Shown: positions 1 to 14,065, counted from the first letter of the whole stretch. The stretch: 63,906 nt of DNA, filler included, from Octopus bimaculoides (GCF_001194135.2; 7 parts of 7 records of this genome joined end to end with filler, not necessarily neighbours in it); one strand, 5' to 3'. The notes: a model not told the origin generated them from the sequence alone. A program made the numbers and translations.

Positions 1-1989
1 TATATATATATATATATATATATCAGGCATACCTATGCACACTAGCTAGCCATCATAATGTTATCCTTTGGGGATGTCTTGTCATCAGAATGATGGCTCT
101 GCTGGACTGGAAGGTAATCGTAAATTATTACGATATGCTCACAAAGTGAACTTCGTGGTAAGTATTGTTATCAACAGTTTCGGACGGTCTGTGTGAAAGA
201 CCACCCAGTTAGGGACATAGAAATGATAAGCAGTCGGACGATTGGATGCCAACGTTGAAGTGAAACAGACCAGGCATGGTCAGAACAGAAGAGGAGAAAG
301 AGACAAAATTATGCACCGCGAATAACAACCAAACTACATGTCAGAGTTGTAGACATAAACATCATCTTATTTTAGAGTAAAGATTATTTCCCAACATAAC
401 GTGGCAGTCCTGGTTTAGGACGAATGTTACTGTTATTTAGCCCCAGGAAACATCGTCTCCAGCTGGCTATACGACACACTATCTCCGTCCTTATATTTTC
501 GAACAAGGGAGTTTAACATCGCCACTCATCGCAGAATATTTCTTTTCTAAAATTGGCTCAAGGCCTTCTATTTTGTGGGAAATTGCATTAACCACAATGT
601 ATGACTGCTGTTTGTTCTGTCCACCCTGCAAGGGATGAAACATAAAGGTGGCATAAGAAGGAGATAGCTAGATATTGTAAATTATGTAGTCCGGTATTTT
701 AGTGTTTAATAAAAGGAAAATGCTTCGGAGATTCGACGATAGACAACGGCCCAGGATTAATTAGAAGGATTATTTTGTGGTCCGAAAGATATATACAAGC
801 AGGTCGGGGCATCAGCTGGAAGACTGCGAATCAAGACATTATTGTATCAAATATGCTTTATTTGATCGACCTATTGTCTTCGAACCGCTCTGCATCCGTC
901 AAGCGGACGACTGTTCTTTGTCATCGCTCAGTCATTACGAATAATATTATGGATAAATTACATTCTTCTCGCAACAATCCAATCTTTCGAAAGAAGACTC
1001 CAAAGCTGTACTAGATCAAAGCGAGAAAATTTGCGCACAATGGCTATATACCAAAAAAATTTTATAACATTTTTCTGACATATTTTAAATATATACTTTA
1101 ACCATGTAACACAAGCCTTCTGTAGTTTTTTCACTCTTGTTTATCTTTTATATATATNNNNNNNNNNNNNNNNNNNNNNNNNNNNNNNNNNNNNNNNNNN
1201 NNNNNNNNNNNNNNNNNNNNNNNNNNNNNNNNNNNNNNNNNNNNNNNNNNNNNNNNNNNNNNNNNNNNNNNNNNNNNNNNNNNNNNNNNNNNNNNNNNNN
1301 NNNNNNNNNNNNNNNNNNNNNNNNNNNNNNNNNNNNNNNNNNNNNNNNNNNNNNNNNNNNNNNNNNNNNNNNNNNNNNNNNNNNNNNNNNNNNNNNNNNN
1401 NNNNNNNNNNNNNNNNNNNNNNNNNNNNNNNNNNNNNNNNNNNNNNNNNNNNNNNNNNNNNNNNNNNNNNNNNNNNNNNNNNNNNNNNNNNNNNNNNNNN
1501 NNNNNNNNNNNNNNNNNNNNNNNNNNNNNNNNNNNNNNNNNNNNNNNNNNNNNNNNNNNNNNNNNNNNNNNNNNNNNNNNNNNNNNNNNNNNNNNNNNNN
1601 NNNNNNNNNNNNNNNNNNNNNNNNNNNNNNNNNNNNNNNNNNNNNNNNNNNNNNNNNNNNNNNNNNNNNNNNNNNNNNNNNNNNNNNNNNNNNNNNNNNN
1701 NNNNNNNNNNNNNNNNNNNNNNNNNNNNNNNNNNNNNNNNNNNNNNNNNNNNNNNNNNNNNNNNNNNNNNNNNNNNNNNNNNNNNNNNNNNNNNNNNNNN
1801 NNNNNNNNNNNNNNNNNNNNNNNNNNNNNNNNNNNNNNNNNNNNNNNNNNNNNNNNNNNNNNNNNNNNNNNNNNNNNNNNNNNNNNNNNNNNNNNNNNNN
1901 NNNNNNNNNNNNNNNNNNNNNNNNNNNNNNNNNNNNNNNNNNNNNNNNNNNNNNNNNNNNNNNNNNNNNNNNNNNNNNNNNNNNNNNNN

Positions 1990-2232
1990 NNNNNNNNNNN
2001 NNNNNNNATTTCAGATGTTCCACAGCTCGTTGCTGTTCAGGTTGTTTGTTACACGTCAGATATTTTGGCCAATTTAGATTCCAATCTGATGAATTGACAG
2101 AATCGTTAGAGCGTCCAGTGGAATGTCGTGCGGTAATTGTTCTTGCTCTCTCTCTGTGCCCTGAGTTCAAATTCTGCTGAAGTCAACCTCACCTTTCATC
2201 CTTTCAGGAGTCGATAAATAAAGTACCAGTTG
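1990..2232 (+). mobile_element. SINE family B, diverged
   Basis: tgagttcaaattc..tttcatcctttcaggagtcgataaataaagtaccagtt core. Confidence 0.75.
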
Positions 2233-2252
2233 TATGTTCGTTCTTCCTTTCT

Positions 2253-2286
<34 letters not shown>

Positions 2287-3027
2287 CTCTCCTTTTTCCT
2301 CCCCACCGCTGTCTATGTAGACTGCTCCTGTAATTCAAAGGTCCAGTATACGACCCGAGAATTGAATTAAGACCATACGAGTCTACGGAATACTCAACCA
2401 GTATACATGCCAGTTTCACATTAAGAAATGAATTAATGAAACAAATGAATGCTCATCGTCGATACTGGCGGAGAATCCACAACCAATTTGTAGTCCTCAG
2501 CTTCACACAAGACAGGTCAATATAACCTCAATATGGCCGAACGCGCACTTTCAACATTGTCTTCTTTCTAATTATTTCCTCTCCTTTTTCCCTTCTTCTA
2601 ATAAACGCCATAAACATTCCCATATTGACAATTCATTAGCAGAACCTGATAAAAATAAACAAATAAAGAGACGAATAAAATACGCCCCAAAAAATGCACT
2701 TCTATTGAACTCCAGATCAAACGCGACCAAAATTGACATCTTTTCTTGTAGTTTTCACATAAACATGTATTACGCTCCCCAATTTACATTATCGAACTGA
2801 TGTTAATCAGTAGAGCATCTCTTTCCTACAATCAACAAGAAGAACTGCAACTTTAGCAAATATGAACCTATAACAACAACAACAACATCAATAGATAAAT
2901 AAATAAATAAAAGGTCTTCGCGACCAGCCAGTTGTAATTACTAAGTTAGCATGATGAACAGGTTTTTGATAGTTTCTCGTAAATTCCTTCGCAAAACGAA
3001 CTTCAACTGGCGCGCACGCGTGCGGGC

Positions 3028-3028
<1 letters not shown>

Positions 3029-3092
<64 letters not shown>

Positions 3093-3255
3093 CGTTTTAT
3101 GGATGTTATTGCAGTCGCTCTGTCTTATCGGTTTGATGCTGTCCTCATAATTAAAGGCTTCCATTTATGCATATTACCTTGTTAGTAACAGTCTATGTAT
3201 GTAATTATTAGGAAACGGCTTCTACGAGACTGATAGCAAACTCAGGAAGACACAG

Positions 3256-3297
<42 letters not shown>

Positions 3298-3307
3298 NNN
3301 NNNNNNN

Positions 3308-3344
<37 letters not shown>

Positions 3345-4454
3345 ACATGCATACATATATACAGACATACATACACATATACACACATATACATACATAC
3401 ATTCATACATACATATATACATACACACACATACATACATACATACATACAGACAGACAGACATGCATACACATATACATACATACAGATAGACAGACAG
3501 ATAAAGGCACAGACATACATACATACAGACAGACAGACATATATACACATACACATACATATATAGATACATACACATATATATATACACATATACATAT
3601 ATACATACACAAACATACACACAACATATATATATATATATATATATATACATACATACATATATACACATGTATATACATATACACATAATACATATAT
3701 ACACATATATATACAGACAGATGTACACACACATACATACATACATACGCATGTATATACATATACNNNNNNNNNNNNNNNNNNNNNNNNNNNNNNNNNN
3801 NNNNNNNNNNNNNNNNNNNNNNNNNNNNNNNNNNNNNNNNNNNNNNNNNNNNNNNNNNNNNNNNNNNNNNNNNNNNNNNNNNNNNNNNNNNNNNNNNNNN
3901 NNNNNNNNNNNNNNNNNNNNNNNNNNNNNNNNNNNNNNNNNNNNNNNNNNNNNNNNNNNNNNNNNNNNNNNNNNNNNNNNNNNNNNNNNNNNNNNNNNNN
4001 NNNNNNNNNNNNNNNNNNNNNNNNNNNNNNNNNNNNNNNNNNNNNNNNNNNNNNNNNNNNNNNNNNNNNNNNNNNNNNNNNNNNNNNNNNNNNGTGTGTA
4101 TGTGCGTGTGTGTGTGTGTGTGTGTGCATACGGAGAGAAAGAGAAGGAAAAAGAGAAGCGGAGAACACGTATGCTTCTCGGTTGCATTGAAATTATGTAT
4201 CGCCGGAATTAATTAGTGAATAGGGATGTGATTGTGAGAAGGAAGGAAAAAAAGACAGAAAGAATAAAGAGATGGCAGGTTCATTAGAAACGTATCGGGG
4301 ATCAATTCCTGCCATGTTTAGTGATACGACAGTTGTGGTGGAATCACGGTTTTGTTTTGATCTTCAGAGATATATATAGGACGGATGGACGGACAGACGG
4401 ACAGCTAGACTAACGGACAGATAGATAGATCGACCTGTAGATTGATAGGCATAC

Positions 4455-4521
<67 letters not shown>

Positions 4522-4631
4522 TAGCTAGACAGACAGACAGATAGATAGGTAGATAAATAGGAAAGATGGACAAACACACGGACAGACGGACAGCTAGACT
4601 AACGGACAGATAGATAGACCGACCTGTAGAT

Positions 4632-4670
<39 letters not shown>

Positions 4671-5052
4671 CACAAGAATAAGGGCAGGGAATTGTCACTT
4701 AGTAATAGAATTAATAATTAACAATTTTGCCAAGTAGTTCAGTATGAAAAAAACCTTTATCGGTAAAATCATTTATCATCGTAAATATACAGGGATTAGC
4801 ATTGAGTTGCTTCTCCAACATACTGAAAATTTAGAAATAGCAGTCAAAAAACTACTGATTCTAAACTACAAATTTTTCTCTAAATGGATGGCGATATTTA
4901 TGGCGCACATAGAACAAAAAACCAGAGTGAAAAGCAAAAACAGACCTGCCTTTAGTTAATTGGATACGAACGTTTCGCGGTTAAGATATTAATCTATTCC
5001 GTCTCATCAGCCCAATATTCTGATAAATCTGAAAGTGTCTATATATATATAT

Positions 5053-5124
<72 letters not shown>

Positions 5125-5134
5125 ACAGACAGAC

Positions 5135-5189
<55 letters not shown>

Positions 5190-5607
5190 AAGACAGACAG
5201 ACAGACGGACAGACAGACAGATAGGTAGATAAATAGATAAGATGGACCAACACACGGACGGGCGGGCGGACGGATGGATGGATGGATGGATGGATGGATG
5301 GATGGATCATGTTATGTGTATATATGCACATAACATGATTACACATACATACTCTTTTTTGTAACCCTAATGTTGCGAAATGTCCTCCTCCCCTACCCGG
5401 ACCCTCGTATACTTAGATGCCTTATCAACGTTCAAAACATTTCTATAAGTTAACTTACCTGCCAATCAACCAGCATTATGCATGTATGTATGTATGCATG
5501 TATGTATGTATGTATGTATGTATGTATGTAGGTATGTATGTGTGTGTGTATGTATATACGTATGATTGTATACATGTAGGTAGGTAAGTATGTATCCATG
5601 TATGTGT

Positions 5608-5649
<42 letters not shown>

Positions 5650-5660
5650 TTGTGTTTGTG
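3029..5660. repeat. Compound microsatellite block: (TG)n, (CA)n, (TACA)n, (GATA)n, (TA)n
   Basis: Directly visible; includes repeated complex GATA/GACA units at about 4380, 4580 and 5200. Confidence 0.95.
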
Positions 5661-5676
5661 TGTGTGTGTGTATAAA

Positions 5677-6030
5677 TAAATCAGAGACAGAAAATGGAAT
5701 TCGTGAAATTCTTCATTCGAATCTACTACAATTGTTTCGACTCATCCTGCACCTGTACCTCACAGGTGAGATATGCTTCACAACCAGTTGTCCTGCATCA
5801 CAGGTGCAAATTGCGATCTATTATCTTAATAGAGCTGAGTGAAATGAAAAGAAGAAAGAGCAAGGTATTTGTTTAAAATGTCACCTGCGGAGACGCAACC
5901 TGACATGTGATGCAAAGCAAATTCTTTATACAGCATCTCACACATGAGGTACAGATGCAGGATGAGGCGAAGAAATTGCTGTGGTTTTGAATAAAGAATC
6001 TCTTGAATTCAATTTCTGTATCTCATTCCA
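5677..6030. repeat. Imperfect long inverted repeat (old fold-back element)
   Basis: gaattcgtgaaattcttcattcgaatctactacaattgtttcgactcatcctgcacctgtacctcacaggtgag aligns with the reverse complement of 5934-6020; weaker pairing continues inward. Confidence 0.75.
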
Positions 6031-6503
6031 TTTATGGTCACCAAGGAATTCCTGAAGTAACTCCAGTATCAGATGCATCACTGCTGGTGTTGACATCAGG
6101 TAGCCAGTAACAGTGGATGAGCTTAACACATCATCCTACAAGGTATATACTCAAATCTGATTATAATTGTAACTATGTTTCTATGAACATGTGTCTCTGC
6201 ATGTGCGTGTACCTGTGCGTGTGTTTATGTATGTGTGTGTGGGTGGTGTGGTTGGGTGTTGTGGGAAACAGTTGAAGCGTTTTTGCCCTAGTAATTTAAT
6301 AGTGTTAATTATTATGTTTTGTTTGTAATCACCGTTAACCTAACACACTGTTAAATACACCAGTTGGATGATAAAAGCAACAATCGTTGGCATTTTAAAA
6401 GGAAGCCGGATTTCTCGATTTTTAAGTTGGTTTCTTCCATTACTACTTTCCCACATATAATTACGCACTTTATCATATACATACATACATATACATACAT
6501 ACA

Positions 6504-6535
<32 letters not shown>

Positions 6536-6610
6536 ATACACACACACGCACAATTATATTTATATATACACATATAAATATAAACACACATATATATGTG
6601 CATACAACAT

Positions 6611-6674
<64 letters not shown>

Positions 6675-7196
6675 GCATATGTATGTATATATGTATGTAT
6701 GTATGTTGTAAGTGGCGAAACATCAAGACTGGAAATGGTGGCTGCCTTTAAGAACGCTGCGATAATTACAGGAAATGAGATAAGGTTTGTCTTGATTCCA
6801 AAGATATGCTTCTCCCCTTCAACCAAAATGAATTGCAAGCAAAAAAACAAACAAACAAACATACGCAGAGTAAGTGATTGTGGCTTCTTGTACGATATCT
6901 CACAGATATTGAAGAGAGCGAGGGAGGGAGGGAGTTAGTGAGTGAGAGAGAGAAAGAGAGGGAAGAGTGAATGATTCAAAATTGAACCTGGATAAAAAGT
7001 TGACTGGCTCCCACGACACAGAACTAAACAGCAGGTATCCGGTGGGACTGGAAATAAATCTAATTTTTATATTTATCTTTATGGACCCTTGTTCAGAAAA
7101 AATGAGACCAGTCGCATTGACCTCCTCGTGGGGCCCCCAACACAGCTACAGAAAAATAAAGAAGAAACTACAACCCATGGATAATCCTTAAACACA

Positions 7197-7509
7197 GGCG
7201 CAGGAGTGGCTGTGTGGTAAGAAGCTTGCTTACCAACCATATGGTTCCGAGTTCAGTCCCACTGCGTGGCACCTTGGGCAAGTATTTTCTACTATAGCCT
7301 CGGGCCGACCAAAGCCTTGTGAGTGGATTTGGTTGACGGAAACTGAAAGAAGCCCGTCGTATATATGTATATATATGTGTGTCTGTTTGTGTGTCTGTGT
7401 TTGTCCCGCCTAACATCGCTTGACATCCGATGCTGATGTGTTTACGTCCCCGTAACTTAGCGGTTCGGCAAAAAGCTAGGCTTACAACGAATAAGTCCTG
7501 GGGTCGATG
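7197..7509 (+). mobile_element. tRNA-derived SINE, family A
   Basis: Head ggagtggctgtgtggtaag..ggttccgagttcagtcc (A/B-box-like); body shared with many copies in the window. Confidence 0.85.
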
Positions 7510-7514
7510 AGATC

Positions 7515-7678
7515 GATCCCAGTGCTCATATGGTACTTATTTTATCGACCCCGAATGGATGAAAGGAGAAGGCGCCTTCGGCAGAATTTAAAATTCAGAA
7601 CGTCAAGACGGACAAAATGCATCGTAGCATTTAGCACGGCGAGCTAACGATTTTACCAGCTCGCTGCCTTATATAATG

Positions 7679-7740
<62 letters not shown>

Positions 7741-7953
7741 CCGTTCTACTAAAGGCACAAGGCCTGAAATTTGGTGGGGAAAGGACTAGTCAATTACATC
7801 GTCCCCATTGTTTCACTGGTACTTAATTTATCGACCCCGAAAGGATGAAAGATAAAGTCGACCTCGGCGGAATTTGAACTTAGAACGTAGCGACGTGCGA
7901 AAAACCGCTAAACATTTTGTCAAGCGTGCTAACGAATCTGCCAGTTCGCCGCC

Positions 7954-7955
<2 letters not shown>
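7515..7955 (-). mobile_element. Two SINE family B copies separated by (TAA)n
   Basis: Two ggtactta..atcgaccccga..gaattt..ctgccag..cgcc units (7515-7670 and 7742-7955). Confidence 0.85.
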
Positions 7956-8012
<57 letters not shown>

Positions 8013-8013
<1 letters not shown>

Positions 8014-9677
8014 GATCAATACTAAAAACATAGATCAATACTAAAATAATAGATCAATACTAAAAATAATAGATCAATACTAAAAACATAGATCAATACT
8101 AAAAACATAGATCAATACTAAAATAATAGATCAATACTAAAAACAGAGCTCAATGCTAAAAACAAGATAATGGGTATCAACACTTTAGCTGTCCCAGTTA
8201 TAAGCTACAGCTACAACATCCTTAACTGGACACTAAACGAACTATGTAAAATAGACAGGAAAACAAGAAAAATAATGACAGGATATAGGATGCACCACCC
8301 AAAATCTGACATAGAAAGGCTATATATACAACGCACAGAAGGTGGCAGGGGTCTTATACAGCTAGAAAACTATTATAAAATAACCACCATAGGACTGCAA
8401 AAATACCTACTCCAGAAGCAAGGGAAACNNNNNNNNNNNNNNNNNNNNNNNNNNNNNNNNNNNNNNNNNNNNNNNNNNNNNNNNNNNNNNNNNNNNNNNN
8501 NNNNNNNNNNNNNNNNNNNNNNNNNNNNNNNNNNNNNNNNNNNNNNNNNNNNNNNNNNNNNNNNNNNNNNNNNNNNNNNNNNNNNNNNNNNNNNNNNNNN
8601 NNNNNNNNNNNNNNNNNNNNNNNNNNNNNNNNNNNNNNNNNNNNNNNNNNNNNNNNNNNNNNNNNNNNNNNNNNNNNNNNNNNNNNNNNNNNNNNNNNNN
8701 NNNNNNNNNNNNNNNNNNNNNNNNNNNNNNNNNNNNNNNNNNNNNNNNNNNNNNNNNNNNNNNNNNNNNNNNNNNNNNNNNNNNNNNNNNNNNNNNNNNN
8801 NNNNNNNNNNNNNNNNNNNNNNNNNNNNNNNNNNNNNNNNNNNNNNNNNNNNNNNNNNNNNNNNNNNNNNNNNNNNNNNNNNNNNNNNNNNNNNNNNNNN
8901 NNNNNNNNNNNNNNNNNNNNNNNNNNNNNNNNNNNNNNNNNNNNNNNNNNNNNNNNNNNNNNNNNNNNNNNNNNNNNNNNNNNNNNNNNNNNNNNNNNNN
9001 NNNNNNNNNNNNNNNNNNNNNNNNNNNNNNNNNNNNNNNNNNNNNNNNNNNNNNNNNNNNNNNNNNNNNNNNNNNNNNNNNNNNNNNNNNNNNNNNNNNN
9101 NNNNNNNNNNNNNNNNNNNNNNNNNNNNNNNNNNNNNNNNNNNNNNNNNNNNNNNNNNNNNNNNNNNNNNNNNNNNNNNNNNNNNNNNNNNNNNNNNNNN
9201 NNNNNNNNNNNNNNNNNNNNNNNNNNNNNNNNNNNNNNNNNNNNNNNNNNNNNNNNNNNNNNNNNNNNNNNNNNNNNNNNNNNNNNNNNNNNNNNNNNNT
9301 CAATACCAGCAGATGACAACGTTTCTCGAAAAGAAATGGAAAAACTTTCAAAATACAAAGACCTGAAAATATAGATAACTCGAATGTGGAGTCTAAAAAC
9401 AGAAACAATTCCTATTATAGTAGGTGCCTTAGGTATAATAAAAAAATATTCAGACAAATACATAACAAAAACACCAGGACTTACAAATATATATAACATA
9501 CAGAAAATTGCACTACTGGGCACTGCACACATCCTACGCAAAACACTTTCAATACAGTAACCATAAGAGCACCACAGCAAACCACAGCACATACCCAAGG
9601 CACACAGAGCTGCGCTCGGTAGTGAAGTGAAAGCACGTTATAAAAATAAAACTACTGAACAACGATAATAATAATAA
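8013..9677 (+). mobile_element. 5'-truncated R4/Dong-like RLE non-LTR retrotransposon in a (TAA)n tract, middle in a gap
   Basis: Translates RSILKTELNAKNKIMGINTLAVP..HPKSDIERLYIQRTEGGRGL. After the gap: KEMEKLSKYKDL..TIPIIVGALG..KIALLGTAHILRKTLSIQ* (one premature TAG), then a 3' UTR and TAA tail. (TAA)n also lies upstream. Confidence 0.9.
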
Positions 9678-9881
9678 GTTTGCCACAAGGGCAACCATTT
9701 TGAGGAAGAGATGATTCGATTACATTGACTCCAGTGTTCCACTGGTACTTATTTTATCGACCTCGAAAGGATGACAGACAGAATCGACTTCGGCGGAATT
9801 TGAACTTAAAATGTAAAGACGGGCGAAATACCGCTAAGCATTTTGTTCGGCGTACTAACGGTTCTGTCTGCTTGCCGCCTT
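9678..9881 (-). mobile_element. SINE family B abutting the LINE TAA tail
   Basis: Family B core on the minus strand. Confidence 0.85.
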
Positions 9882-10546
9882 AAATATGGTTTAAATGTTT
9901 CTTAACAAAATGGAGTCCACTAAAGGTAGCCAGGTTCTTTGTGGTTTTATACCGAGTTACGTAATAACATCCAACTGACAATTTCGGTCACGTGACTTGG
10001 ATGTATATAAGGCTTAGATATAATCGACGCCTTTGTAGCACACGTAATATTGTAACGACGTATAGTGAATCAGCCCGCAGCCATATTATTCATTGGAGAC
10101 GAATATCTCAACCACGTGACATACATGTACCTATACTGGCAATCATTTTATTGCACCTTTCGGTAGTCGCTCGATCAACTAGAAACAGCAGCCAAGTCTA
10201 CCTCAAAACAACACATTACTGTTTTAAATAAGGGCAAATACATTGCGTAATGCCATTCCGGGTGGGCACAACCTGGAGAAGAAAGAAGGCTCATTTAGAT
10301 ACAGCTTGATTCTCTTTGCTCCTTGGTGAGATCCGTTTTGGTTGATCTATACCTAAACAACAACAATAACAACCACAACAACATCAACAATAACAACAAC
10401 GCCACCATCACACTATGCTATGGCTGCTCATACGACTCAGTTACTAAAATTAAACTCTGCCTTCGGGTGACAAATCTCTTCTTCGTATTTTTAATATTCT
10501 CTTCATTTCGCTGCTCATACGGCGTTCTTCTTTATATTTATTTACT

Positions 10547-10959
10547 GGCGTTGGAGTGGCTGTGTGGTAAGTAGCTTGCTTACCAACCACATGGTTCCGG
10601 GTTCAGTCCCGCTGCGTGGCACCTTGGGCAAGTGTCTTCTACTATAGCCTCGGACCGACCAAAGCCTTGTGAGTGGATTTGGTAGAGGGAAACTGAAAGA
10701 AGCCCGTCGTATATGTGTATATGTATATATGTATGTGTGTGTATATGTTTGTGTGTCTGTGTTTGTTCCCCCCAACATCGCTTGACAACCGATGCTGGTG
10801 TGCTTAGGTCTCCATAACTTAGCGGTTCGGTAAAAGAGACCGATACAATAAGTAATAGGCTTACAAAGAATAAGTCCTGGGGTTGATTTGATTCGACTGA
10901 AGGTGGTGCTCCAGCATGGCCACAGTCAAATGACTGAAACAAGTAAAAGAGTTAAAGAG
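10547..10959 (+). mobile_element. SINE family A, full length
   Basis: Head, internal (TA/TG)n, 3' gctccagcatggcc..aagtaaaagag tail. Confidence 0.9.
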
Positions 10960-10984
10960 TGTGTTTGTATGCATGTATGTATGT

Positions 10985-11265
10985 CATTTTTCAATTTATT
11001 TCAAGATTTCTTGCCAATAGAGAACGAACCGGTTCCTAACCTAGATTCAAAGTTACTTCATTGGAATTTCAACATCAACAACAGGGTACTTTTGTATATA
11101 TGTATGTATGTTTTATGAATGTCATCTCATGCATATAGTTGCATATCTAGACATGCTCATATAAATTTAAATGATAAACTTCTGGAAAGTTTTACAGATT
11201 TTTACAGTTCCAGTGATGGATTGGATCTGTAGTCTTCGAATCTGTTTTCTCCTTTCTGGTTTTGA
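10985..11265 (+). repeat. Unclassified interspersed repeat E with embedded (TACA)n; other copies at about 32830-32940 (-) and 48790-49250 (-)
   Basis: Shared caagatttcttgccaatagaga..gaaccggtt.ctaacctagat..cattggaatttcaacatcaacaacagg block. Confidence 0.8.
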
Positions 11266-11931
11266 GAAGCCTAATTTCTCAACGTTGGTATTTAGGCAGT
11301 GTGTTACATATATCAGGGCCCCAATAATTACAGGTATAAACCTGAACTTGTTTTCTGGATAGAGTAACTGCATGTATGTATGTACGAATGTATGTATGTA
11401 TGCATGCATGTATGTATGTCAGTCTGAGTTCATGCAGGTGAATGTGTTTGTATTATAATTATTTGTTAATTTTGTTTCCATCCAAAATAAATAAATAAAT
11501 AAATAAACAAATAAACAAATGAATAAATACATAAAACTCGGTTGCAATTTTCAACAAGTTTCAAGTCTTTTTGACTCGACTGAAAATCAATAATTAATGA
11601 GTGTCAGCTACATTTCTTTCTTTCTTTCTTCCTTCCTTCCTCCCTTTCTTTTCTTCTCTTCATTGTTGTTGTTTTGCACCCAGTCAACTTTCACCGAGCA
11701 AACTTAGCATAAAAGGCGCTACCACCGTGACCACACTGATGTATCCAATGAATCTGTTTTTCAAAGCAAAACACAGTGTGAAGTGTTTTGAGGGAAATTT
11801 GACTCGTTTTTTCTAGCAAGTCACAGGTTAGTGAACAAGAAATTATGAATCAATGGCGTATAATAGTCACGGATGTAAGTTTTGGCTCCCAAATACAACG
11901 TGTGCGTGTGTCTGTGTAGACACACACACAC

Positions 11932-12029
<98 letters not shown>

Positions 12030-12149
12030 TATATATGGTACGTTTCTTGTTGCTCCAACAGCAGTAAGTATAAATTATGAAGCTGAAAGCGTATCTTAGG
12101 TACTGGATTTGTAAATTCCTTACCCATGGCCTATAGAAAACCAGCCACA

Positions 12150-12687
12150 TTGGTGTCCAGAGGACAGTTGATTTCTACAACAGAACATATCTTTCTTCGT
12201 GGTCTCACACGACAGTACCCAGCCGGTTGTGTGTTTTAACTTGGTGGCTGTTGGAACTTTTTAAGTTACAGCAATATTCTTTTGATCCTTCTGTCGCAAT
12301 ATCGTCAACTTCGTCTGTAGGTGTTTTGCTTTTTGTTATCCTCTTCCAGACTGGCCACCGTATGATGCCTCATGGGAAGATAATATCTGGAAGACATTCT
12401 CTCGCAGTTATCGTTGATGTCTTCAGCCTCGGTCTTATATAGCCTGTATTTGTCGTCTGCCAATGTTTTCTGCCTTTTATGCTACAAGTACCTGGTGGGG
12501 ATTTCATCTTGAATTGCATAGAGGTAGCCTTTAAAGTGGAATGTCATAGACTTGTCGGTAATCCATGCCAAGTTTTTGATATGAGCAATAAATAACCTCA
12601 ATGATTTGTGTCTTTCCTGCCCTTATACCCATGCATTATCTTCTCATCGAACTGATCCATTTTATATTTTTATTGGTATAAGCATAA
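12150..12687 (-). mobile_element. Decayed R4/Dong-like LINE fragment from the zinc-knuckle region
   Basis: Minus strand reads KIMHG, FKGYLYAIQDEIPTRYL*..DDKYRLY..MSSRYYLPMRHHTVA, a degenerate AIQDQ/CRLC/RHD region with stops. Confidence 0.7.
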
Positions 12688-13079
12688 GAGTGGCTGTGTG
12701 GTAAGTAGCTTGCTTACCAACCACATGGTTCCGGGTTCAGTCCCACTGCGTGGCATCTTGGGCAAGTGTCTTCTACTATAGCCTCGGGCCGACCAAAGCC
12801 TTGTGAGTGGATTTGGTAGACGGAAACTGAAAGAAGCCCGTCGTATATATGTATATATATATATATGTATGTGTGTCTGTGTTTATCCCCCCCACCATCG
12901 CTTGACAACCGATGCTGGTGTGTTTACGTCCCCGTAATTTAGCGGTTCGGCAAAAGAGACCGATAGAATAAGTACTAGGCTTACAAAGAATAAGTCCTGG
13001 GGTCGATTTGCTCGACTAAAGGCGGTGCTCCGGCATGGCCGCAGTCGAATGACTGAAACAAGTAAAAGAGTAAAAGAGT
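12688..13079 (+). mobile_element. SINE family A, between the two decayed RLE LINE fragments
   Basis: Near-identical to 10547-10959. Confidence 0.9.
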
Positions 13080-14010
13080 AAATCAAATTTCATTCCAGTT
13101 GCTTTACAGGATTGAATTATGGAATCTAGTTGCTTTTTGATGTGATTAATATTTGGCTCATACAGTTTCCGGTAATTAACAAAGAAAAGATGAGACATAT
13201 TATTGCATCTATTCCTTTACCTGCTGTGTCTTGTGATTAGATATCACAAAGAGTTCAGTGAGAGCTCAAAACATAGTGCCGACAAACTATCGCCCTGACG
13301 GATGCCTTTTTAGGCAGCGTATATTGTCATATTTGATGTCTTCATTGTCGCTTCTAAGAAGTAAGAAGGTGCACTAGTTATTGATACGGTGGTGGATGGC
13401 AGCTACTGGTAGTGGTGGTACTTTAGCTAATTGTAGGGCCTTGATAATCTATGCATGTAATAATATACTGATAAAGGCTTTTTGGTAGTCCTTTGCGATC
13501 CTTTAGCGATCCTTATTGAGTAATTTTATTAACTAGTAGGTGCTCAATATACCCCGCCCTTATTTCCCCTCATCTTGTTCTGGGGTTACAATATTGTTAG
13601 TAGTACAATGGTCCAGAAGAAACAAGATCTTATACATGATGCTTTGAGGGGTTATTGGGGGCTTCGGTGGTTTGGCAATGTTGAGGGATGAGAAGAGTGA
13701 TGGCTGATAACAGGCATACGGGTACTTTTAACGTACCCTTGAAGCTCTTTCTAGACAGTCTTTTTAAGTCTCACCGATAGAAGTTGAGGTTTTTTAAACC
13801 AACATTCTCTAAAAAAGTCTGGGCCTAGAGATTTCCTGTTTTCTATTTTTTCTCGAGACTTTTTCTCGTACTGCACCGTCGATTTCATAAACATTTTTAT
13901 TTAGCATTCTTGCCATTTCCCTGTTCTAATTCTTCTGTCCATTCAGCTTTTTCATTGAACCAATCATTTCTTTTACATACTGATCTCCAGGAACTTTCCA
14001 CTTGTTCAGA
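13080..14010 (-). mobile_element. Decayed R4/Dong-like reverse transcriptase fragment
   Basis: Minus-strand motifs in order: KSLGPD, PIT..MYKIL, EHLLVNKI, DYQKAF, GIRQGDSLSAL, SHLFFVNYRKLY (degenerate YMDD region), GMKFDL. Many stops and frameshifts. Confidence 0.8.
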
Positions 14011-14065
14011 GAATGGCATATTTTTTTACAGACATTTTATTTTTTGAAGCTGCAATAGACACATC

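Noticed and set aside
700-1020. 79-aa ORF and coding-like composition
   Set aside because: No recognisable motif in any frame and no convincing splice signals.
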